64,000 bases of DNA. Source: a virus. Lineage: Duplodnaviria; Caudoviricetes. The stretch's first letter is position 1; each line of letters opens with the position of its first letter. The notes under the pieces are model-generated. The model saw only the letters and a program-made list of their open reading frames with translations, did not search any database and had not been told where the DNA came from. Of the stretch, positions 57,807-64,000 are shown piece by piece. Position numbers and translations under genes: made by a program. The stretch spans positions 1 through 64,000 of IMG/VR virus record IMGVR_UViG_3300009685_000011; one strand, written 5' to 3'.

Positions 57807-60800
57807 TAATTAGCAATTTCTGCTTCTGCTCCCATAGGGACTTGTTGACAAATATATCTACCTGCATGTATCATACTTTCAGAAATAATTTTAGAAAATG
57901 CTTCTGAGTCTTCCACTGTAGTCTCACCAATAATTTCATCGTGAACTACATTTACTAAACTACGATTAGGATTTTCAGCAAATGTATTGTAGATTAAAAT
58001 GCAAGCAAGTTTACTCATCGAAGCAGCATTACCTTGAATACGATAATTAAGTCCTTTTCTCTCTAAAGAACCTTTTAGAATCATGTAGTCTTTCCAGATA
58101 TTAGGGTAAAGAATTTTCAACTCTTGTTTGAAATCCTCTTTTTTTTCTTTAGGCCAAGTCTTGTAATCCTCTGGATAATAAGACATTGCTTCTTTCCATA
58201 ATTCTTGCATCCTGCTAAATTGAGGAAAAAAGTATCTTTTATGAGTATAAGAGTCCAGTTCAATCCACCCTCTCTTAACCGCTTCTTTTTTGGTCTTTTC
58301 GAAGTCTTCTTTAAGACCTGGAAAACCATCAAAATAGGCTTGAATAAAAGCATCTGCTTCTTCTTCTGTCACTTGAAGAGTATGCTTAAGAGAAGTAGAA
58401 GATGCTCCATAAGATAAAGCAAAGTTTAGTGCTTTGGCTATATTACGAGCCTTAGGATCAGATTTCTTAGTGATAATTATGGAATCATCTCTACGAATTA
58501 CTCTTTGCATGTTTGTCGCTGCAAAAGAGTGCATGTCATCTCCGAATATACTATGGCCTTTTACAAAGAAATCAATCAATGTTTTTACACCTGATACATC
58601 TGCCAGAATTCTTGCTCCAGTTTAACCAAACTGGCTGGACTTTCTCTTCACCATCTCTGTCAAGTTCAGGTGTACTTCGTAAAGTCTCTACATTTGCCCA
58701 CATACTATTATAGAATGACAGTTCTAAGTATGTTGCTAACACGGGATTAGATGAGGGTCTTTCCCCGTTTTAGAAGTATATTGCCTTTTAGGTTTCCCTA
58801 AAAGCGAGCCAAATTTCAGATATTTTCTCTCTAAGAAATTAATATCTGCCTCTGAATAAAGTAGATCATAAATAACATGGAGTTCTTTTTGCTTAAATAA
58901 ATTAACACTGTACTGAGGATTTTTCCTGCTTTTTGTGTCTATAGATTTAGTGGCTGAAAACCCCTGACTTTTTAAAAAATTATACAATTGGTCAATAAAA
59001 ATTTCTGACCCCGATACAATTTGTAAACGTGCATCGTAGGAACCGTCGTCTCTTTTATTAGACCTGGAGATACAACCGTCTCCGTCGAATACTCCCCTGA
59101 AAAAGTGCCACGTTATAGGATATAGAAATTCTATTGTTAAACTTTTTCTATATGTAATCCCATAAACAAGTAACTTTTCAGAAAGTCCTTTGCATCGAGT
59201 TGAAAATCTGTATAATTTCTTCCCTCTTTTAGGTAAAATACTATTTATATTCAAGAAAGGGTTCATAAAATTTCTAAATTTTTCTACCCATTCTTTATCA
59301 ATAGTTTCAAAAACAATCGCATTGTTAGTTAAACAACCATCTGCTACAATAGCACCTAACCAGTACTGAACGGCAGGGTTTGAATAGTCATCAAAAATAT
59401 TAATGTCTATATTTCTCCAACGCTCAGACGTTCCAACTACAGGTATGTTATTTTTTAACAAAATTCTCCTAATAGTTGTATTGTAGGTATTTAATTCTTT
59501 TGCAATTTGTACTTGAGTTTTACCTGATAAATACTGATGAATAATGTAATCTACTTTATCTTTAGAGTATTTCATATATTGATTATTTTTTGCAAAAGTA
59601 CAACATACCGTACCAACGAAAAAAATAGTCTTATATAATCACTTACTCACGGTTAATTTTTTTTGTTAACTCTTGTGATGCAAAGTCGCAATTTACCCAA
59701 ATTTTATCCTTAGTTTTAAAACACTCTCTATATTCCTTACCAGATGGAATATTTTGAAGGTTTGGATTAGTACTGGACATTCGAGAGGTATTCATATATT
59801 GATTATAAGAAGAATGCACTCTGTAAGTAATAGGATGTACATACTTCAACCAGTCTTCTCCAAAGGTAGTATATGCTTGCTCCGCTTTTTTCAGAAGCAA
59901 ATAATTAAGAATAAGACTCTCGTTATCTACTATCTCTGTTTCTTGATTAGCATAAAACCTGTCTCTATTTTCCGTTGAAAGAAGGTTAAATAAAGCCTTG
60001 GCTCTTACTGTCCATTCTATTCTTTTAGTTTGTTTAGATTTTTCTTTAGGACAGAATTCTAAGTACCTAAAATACTCGATAACTTGTTTAGAAGAAGACC
60101 ATTGAATAGTACAAGTAGGTTTAGAAGTAAACAGATCTACTTTAGAGGCAAATCTTGGACAAGTAGACTCTACATAGTTGTTCAGTTTTTCCAGTCTCCT
60201 TATATATACTTCTTTGTTTTGTAAAGCAAGGTTTTTCCATTGAAGGCTGTCAAATCCCATTCCAGTTACTTCCAAATGTGCAAGGACTTGAGTGAATTTG
60301 TTTTCAAGTTTAAAACCTATTTCAGGTTTGTACAACTCTTCCCCTACTAATCTTCCTTGACGTTGAATTTCATATATTTGTAGAGGAGCAACTATGTCAT
60401 TTACACCATACTCTATTTGTGCCTTTGTAAAAGGGCTGTCACCTATTTCTACAAAACCTAATCGTATAGATTTGTCAACATATTGGATGGGTTCCTCTTT
60501 ATAGTCCAGTAAACTTAGTTCATCTAATTCAACTTCATCGTCTTCTGAAACAGGTTCAGAGAATAAATCTGTATCTTCTACAGATTTTATTCCCAAATAT
60601 CTATCCATGAGTCCTTTAAGAGAGTATGAAAAGGTAATACCATTGTAAAGCACTTTTTCTGCAATCATGGTATCCCATACATTTACAAGTAAAGACTTAT
60701 AATTGACTAAAAAGTGCTTGCCTTCAAACTTAAGGTTATGACCTACTTTTAAAATTTTCTCATCTTCAAAGATTTCTTTTAAAAAAGAACAGTCCACAAC

Positions 60801-61037
60801 TCTTGCATCAATAACGAATCTTTTTTCAAGAGTACCTACTTGCACCATAACAATCCTTGATACATACGGATCAAGACCTGGTCTGTATATAAATTCATTA
60901 TACATTCCTTTAGGGTACTTTCGTCCCGTTTCTATATCTACTCCTATTATAGATTGGCTTTTCAAATAAGCCAAGCACTCTTCTATGCTACAAGAAGGAT
61001 ATTCTTCAAATAAGGTATTTCCTATAAAGTATGTCAT
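57794..61037 (-). CDS. polA: Family A DNA polymerase, two exons: 61037-59669 and 58614-57794, 729 aa spliced
   Basis: Exonuclease VDIET, GHNLKFE, Y..ND; TSRMSSTNPNLQNIP; splicing restores motif A DFASQE-S-RILAD; motif B RNIAKALNFALSYG; NYRIQG; motif C VHDE. Confidence 0.92.
58736..59575 (-). CDS. Intron-encoded double-motif LAGLIDADG homing endonuclease with N-terminal HTH
   Basis: YWLGAIVADGC and FFRGVFDGDGC motifs; N-terminal TQVQIAKEL...TIRRIL. Confidence 0.88.
   Translation of the reverse strand: MKYSKDKVDYIIHQYLSGKTQVQIAKELNTYNTTIRRILLKNNIPVVGTSERWRNIDINIFDDYSNPAVQYWLGAIVADGCLTNNAIVFETIDKEWVEKFRNFMNPFLNINSILPKRGKKLYRFSTRCKGLSEKLLVYGITYRKSLTIEFLYPITWHFFRGVFDGDGCISRSNKRDDGSYDARLQIVSGSEIFIDQLYNFLKSQGFSATKSIDTKSRKNPQYSVNLFKQKELHVIYDLLYSEADINFLERKYLKFGSLLGKPKRQYTSKTGKDPHLIPC
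59593..59600 (-). promoter_or_regulatory. TAnnTTTG -7 element upstream of the LAGLIDADG ORF
   Basis: TACTTTTG 17 nt upstream of the ATG, inside the intron. Confidence 0.55.
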
Positions 61038-61132
61038 TTTCCACAGCCCATATAAAACATTCCCATTATAAACAGACAAACTACAATTAATTCTAACAAA
61101 TTTGATGTGTTTTTATCTATTTCTATTTTCAT
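61034..61132 (-). CDS. 32-aa single-TM peptide
   Basis: Hand translation MKIEIDKNTSNLLELIVVCLFIMGMFYMGCGK; ATGA overlaps at both ends, which also fixes the polymerase start at 61037. Confidence 0.6.
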   Translation of the reverse strand: MKIEIDKNTSNLLELIVVCLFIMGMFYMGCGK

Positions 61133-61590
61133 AATAATATTTTTTTATCTATGTTCCAACTATAACCATAGTCATAGCATTTAATTACACCACGAGGAGA
61201 ATACCCCATTTGAAATTTTATTTCCGCCTCCACTAAGTCATGGCGATAGATTACATTATAAATTTTATTGTCACATTTTTTAAAAAGAGCATTAGAAGTT
61301 TTGAACCTATGCCTTGAAACTTTTTCTTGTATAATCCAAGTAAAACTTGGACACCAATCATAAATCTTGGCAAAATGCTTTATATCCTTTTTATCAGAAC
61401 CGAAATATACATTGTATTCACATTCGTTTTGTAAATAGCCAATATTATTTCTGGCTACTTTAATAACCTTGTTTCCTACAACAAGACACATACGAGAACT
61501 ACCTCTGTATACTTTTCCGTATTTTTTTAGTACTTTGTATTTTTGACTATACGAAGTACAGGCATCTAATTCTTTAATAATGTTTTTCAT
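61129..61590 (-). CDS. Miniature protein-kinase-like protein
   Basis: RGSSR (Gly loop), VIKVA (Lys), QNECE (helix C Glu), IIQEKV hinge, RHDL, YDYG. Confidence 0.6.
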   Translation of the reverse strand: MKNIIKELDACTSYSQKYKVLKKYGKVYRGSSRMCLVVGNKVIKVARNNIGYLQNECEYNVYFGSDKKDIKHFAKIYDWCPSFTWIIQEKVSRHRFKTSNALFKKCDNKIYNVIYRHDLVEAEIKFQMGYSPRGVIKCYDYGYSWNIDKKILL

Positions 61591-61750
61591 TTGTTACTAA
61601 ATAGATACAAAACTACATAAACAGGCCAAAATAAAATAGAAAGCAATATGGCAATAAAAGCAGCATCTATTCTATCTCCTTTTTTATAGTCTGAAAAACA
61701 GGTATAGATATAATTATCCCAAATGCAAGATAAAGACTAATAATCAGCAT
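61587..61750 (-). other. Small two-TM gene split across two frames at A-AAA-AAG (programmed -1 frameshift or 1-nt deletion)
   Basis: Frame 0 gives MLIISLYLAFGIIISIPVFQTIKKEIE*; -1 frame continues GDRIDAAFIAILLSILFWPVYVVLYLFSNK* and ends in an ATGA overlap. Confidence 0.5.
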
Positions 61751-61982
61751 ATACTGTAATAAGATTAGTATGTGAATCGTAAACATTCAATCCTTTTTTA
61801 GAGCCGTAAGTTACCCACGTTTTAAGAAAAGGGTATTCAGTATTAATCCATTCGGACGCTTCTTTAGCACTTGTATTTATCAATGTTAGTTTTAATATAG
61901 TTTTTATCAATAGTTTTTCTCTCTCATAAGCATCTTGTAACTCTTCAAAATGTTTATATTCAAGTGTTATTTGTCTGTCCAT
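61737..61982 (-). CDS. Hypothetical protein
   Basis: 81-aa coupled ORF. Confidence 0.55.
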   Translation of the reverse strand: MDRQITLEYKHFEELQDAYEREKLLIKTILKLTLINTSAKEASEWINTEYPFLKTWVTYGSKKGLNVYDSHTNLITVYADY

Positions 61983-63624
61983 AATAATTAAATACTTTAA
62001 GTTTTTTCTTCTCTACCCACTGTCCTATTAATCTTTCACACACAAAAGTCACAAAATTATAATAATCAAGACCTGTTGCCTCTTTTAGTTTTTCAGCAGA
62101 AAGTCCTGACTTATAATTTGCGTCTTGATTTGCAAGTTCCCAATACTTGTTTTCTAATAGGTAAAGAGCAGGAGTGATTACAGTGTTAATATACTCAAGA
62201 TAAATTTCTGTCTTTAAGAGAAAGAAATTAGAGTATATTGTGTTTTTAGGCTCATTTGTAGGCAGGTTTAAATCTTTACAAACAAGTTTAAACAAGTTCA
62301 TAAACCCTGGATGAGCCTTTTCTGTAAACTTCAAGTAAGGTTGCCCCAAAGGTTTACAGAAGTTGATGCAATCTGCGTCTTTATCAAGAAGAGAATATAC
62401 CCGTTTCTTGTATAGTCCTGTTTTAAAGGGGAACTTCCAGGAAAAGAATCCAGTCCACTTTAAATCTGGGTTAATGTCCTTAAGACAAGCGAGCATTACG
62501 TTATATTCAAACCTCCAAGTTTTATGAATAAGGGTTTTAGACTTATTCATAATAGGTTTGAACTCCCAAGGTTGACTATCTTGGTATCTTATTGTATAGA
62601 TGTTTTGCTCTGGATAAACTTCTTCTTTATTCATTACTTGTTCTATGATTTCATCCCTTCTCTTTACTGACTCCATGAAATCAACTTCTTTTGCTTTTTG
62701 AGAAGTCAATTGTTTTAATTCCCAAAGTTTTTCCTTATCCTTACAAACTTCCAACGTTTTAGTACACCATTCTTTTTCTTTGACGTAGATATGACCTACA
62801 TCAGGAAAATCTTTTTTATTCTTATATAGTTCGTCTAATAGGCATAGAGATTGAGATACTCCTGCTTCCATTACTCTAAGAGAGGATTTACACTTATTAA
62901 AGTGATTATCTTTCAAAGGACATAGAATAACATCAAACTCATTATAGAGACTGATGTAATCATCAACTGGTCTTCCTTCAATAAACTTTCCCAAGTCTCT
63001 AAACTGAATCCAATGGTGCTTAGCAGTTTCATGCCAACCTCCTATTAGAAATTCACAGTTTTCTTTAAACCATTGATTTCTAATCAAAGTGTTTAACCAC
63101 GGTTTAATCTCAAGGTAATCAGACTTGTGATAGAAAGAACCTACAAGTCCTACTTTGATTTTACGAGACATGAATTCTTCTTTAGTTTCTTCTTTTGGAA
63201 GAAATTGCTCGTGTCCATAAGGAATTTTATTAGGAATAACTTCTACCCAAGGATTATACTTAGAAAGTTCTTCAGCAAGTGTTTCTGTGCTTGTGGTTAC
63301 ACAGTCTGCTAAAAATAACAACTCTTTAAATCCTTGAGAATTTTTAAATAATTCTCTGTTTGGGTAGTCTTGAGGAATGTCAAAAGAATCATCCCTGTCA
63401 TAGATGATTTTAAACCCATACAAAGACTTCCAAAGACTGTACATTGCTGCTTGGTATTTGGAAGTTCTTATATAGAGAAGATCAAATTCCTTTACTATTT
63501 CTTCGGTTACTTCTTCTTTCTGAATAAAAGTAACGTCATGTTTAGAAAACTTTAGGAGGTTCAGTCTATGATAAGACGAACCTCCCTTGTCTCCTATTGC
63601 GAGTATTTTTATTGTTTTATCCAC
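61960..63624 (-). CDS. Two-domain glycosyltransferase (GT-B-like N-domain plus second sugar-related domain)
   Basis: GGSSYHRL, YDRDD, ADCVTTST..LAE, VIPN, DVILCPLKDNHFNKCKS.LRVMEAG; C-domain with FFSWKF, HPGF, YSNFF, ERL. Confidence 0.75.
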   Translation of the reverse strand: MDKTIKILAIGDKGGSSYHRLNLLKFSKHDVTFIQKEEVTEEIVKEFDLLYIRTSKYQAAMYSLWKSLYGFKIIYDRDDSFDIPQDYPNRELFKNSQGFKELLFLADCVTTSTETLAEELSKYNPWVEVIPNKIPYGHEQFLPKEETKEEFMSRKIKVGLVGSFYHKSDYLEIKPWLNTLIRNQWFKENCEFLIGGWHETAKHHWIQFRDLGKFIEGRPVDDYISLYNEFDVILCPLKDNHFNKCKSSLRVMEAGVSQSLCLLDELYKNKKDFPDVGHIYVKEKEWCTKTLEVCKDKEKLWELKQLTSQKAKEVDFMESVKRRDEIIEQVMNKEEVYPEQNIYTIRYQDSQPWEFKPIMNKSKTLIHKTWRFEYNVMLACLKDINPDLKWTGFFSWKFPFKTGLYKKRVYSLLDKDADCINFCKPLGQPYLKFTEKAHPGFMNLFKLVCKDLNLPTNEPKNTIYSNFFLLKTEIYLEYINTVITPALYLLENKYWELANQDANYKSGLSAEKLKEATGLDYYNFVTFVCERLIGQWVEKKKLKVFNYYGQTNNT

Positions 63625-63865
63625 CGATTAAAACTTTAAGTATTTCTTTAGTAGGGGTACCTTTTGGAATTTGACCACATCTTGACCACTTATCAAAATG
63701 GTCACAATATTCCCATAAAATATTATTACAGCCATTTTGATACCCTCTAAAAGAATTTTTATGGGAAGAAAACCCTACTCGTTTATCATGTCCATAAGCA
63801 ATAGCAAATTCTCCTTCTTCTTCTCCATAGATCCTGTGAGGATTTGTATTCCATACTTGAACCAA
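63617..63865 (-). CDS. Hypothetical protein
   Basis: 82-aa ORF; an upstream ORF runs off the window end. Confidence 0.5.
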   Translation of the reverse strand: MVQVWNTNPHRIYGEEEGEFAIAYGHDKRVGFSSHKNSFRGYQNGCNNILWEYCDHFDKWSRCGQIPKGTPTKEILKVLIGG

Positions 63866-64000
63866 AAAACCATTGTCTCTAAGAACATCTACTAAGTTTT
63901 TAGAATATTCGCAACTTTGGAAGTTGTTATAGAAAGATAGGTGGCTAATTTTATAGTTTGGATCAAATGTATTTTCCTTTCTGACTTTATACTCATATCG

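Larger units (their letters stand above)
58615..59668 (-). mobile_element. Group I intron, 1054 nt, in polymerase motif A
   Basis: Exon GAGU pairs with IGS GCUC (58806-58809) with U-G; P2 CUUUUAGG-GAAA-CCUAAAAG; P3 UACUUC/GAAGUA; Q AAUCCCGUG; P7 GACUUU/AAAGUC; P9 CCAGUUU/AAACUGG; omega-G at 58615. Confidence 0.88.

Noticed and set aside
1-64000. Stop-codon reassignment (TAG or TGA), known in some crAss-like clades
   Set aside because: Very long ORFs are intact under code 11, and TAA, TAG and TGA all end genes at sensible positions. The two split genes are explained by introns.
1-64000. tRNA genes, CRISPR arrays, DGR/reverse transcriptase, inteins
   Set aside because: No cloverleaf with TTC loop, no regularly spaced repeats, no RT motifs and no intein termini seen by eye; a tRNAscan/CRISPR scan was not run.

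Overview
This is an AT-rich segment of a Bacteroidota-infecting dsDNA phage genome, most likely crAss-like (Crassvirales; family assignment is by motif recognition, no database search run). It reads in standard genetic code 11. Bases 1-22750 are a + strand late/virion block. It holds a 5'-truncated giant virion RNA polymerase (>=2927 aa, DYDYD catalytic motif) with an N-terminal HExxH zincin motif and C-terminal SLOG-like and RadC/JAB domains, then a RepL-like protein, an amidase endolysin, a free-standing GIY-YIG-like endonuclease, tail-fibre-like genes, a second 2470-aa giant protein, holin-like genes and two tiny basic repeat peptides. A perfect 13-bp hairpin at 22786-22817 separates this from a - strand early/middle block (22830-64000). 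That block carries nucleotide metabolism (dNMP kinase, ThyX, dCMP deaminase, MazG-like), recombination (NinG, NinB, PD-(D/E)XK, AAA ATPase), rIIA/rIIB, a macrodomain, primase, DnaB-like and SF2 helicases, family A DNA polymerase, a mini kinase-like protein and a two-domain glycosyltransferase. Two group I introns with traceable splice sites interrupt the AAA ATPase (HNH ORF in L8) and the polymerase (LAGLIDADG ORF in L1, overlapping the ribozyme core). The most notable items are the polyvalent RNAP architecture, the two introns with host-type internal promoters, an unexplained multi-stem element upstream of primase, and a candidate -1 frameshift gene. No tRNA, rRNA or CRISPR array was seen. 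Many small ORFs are grouped as hypothetical clusters.
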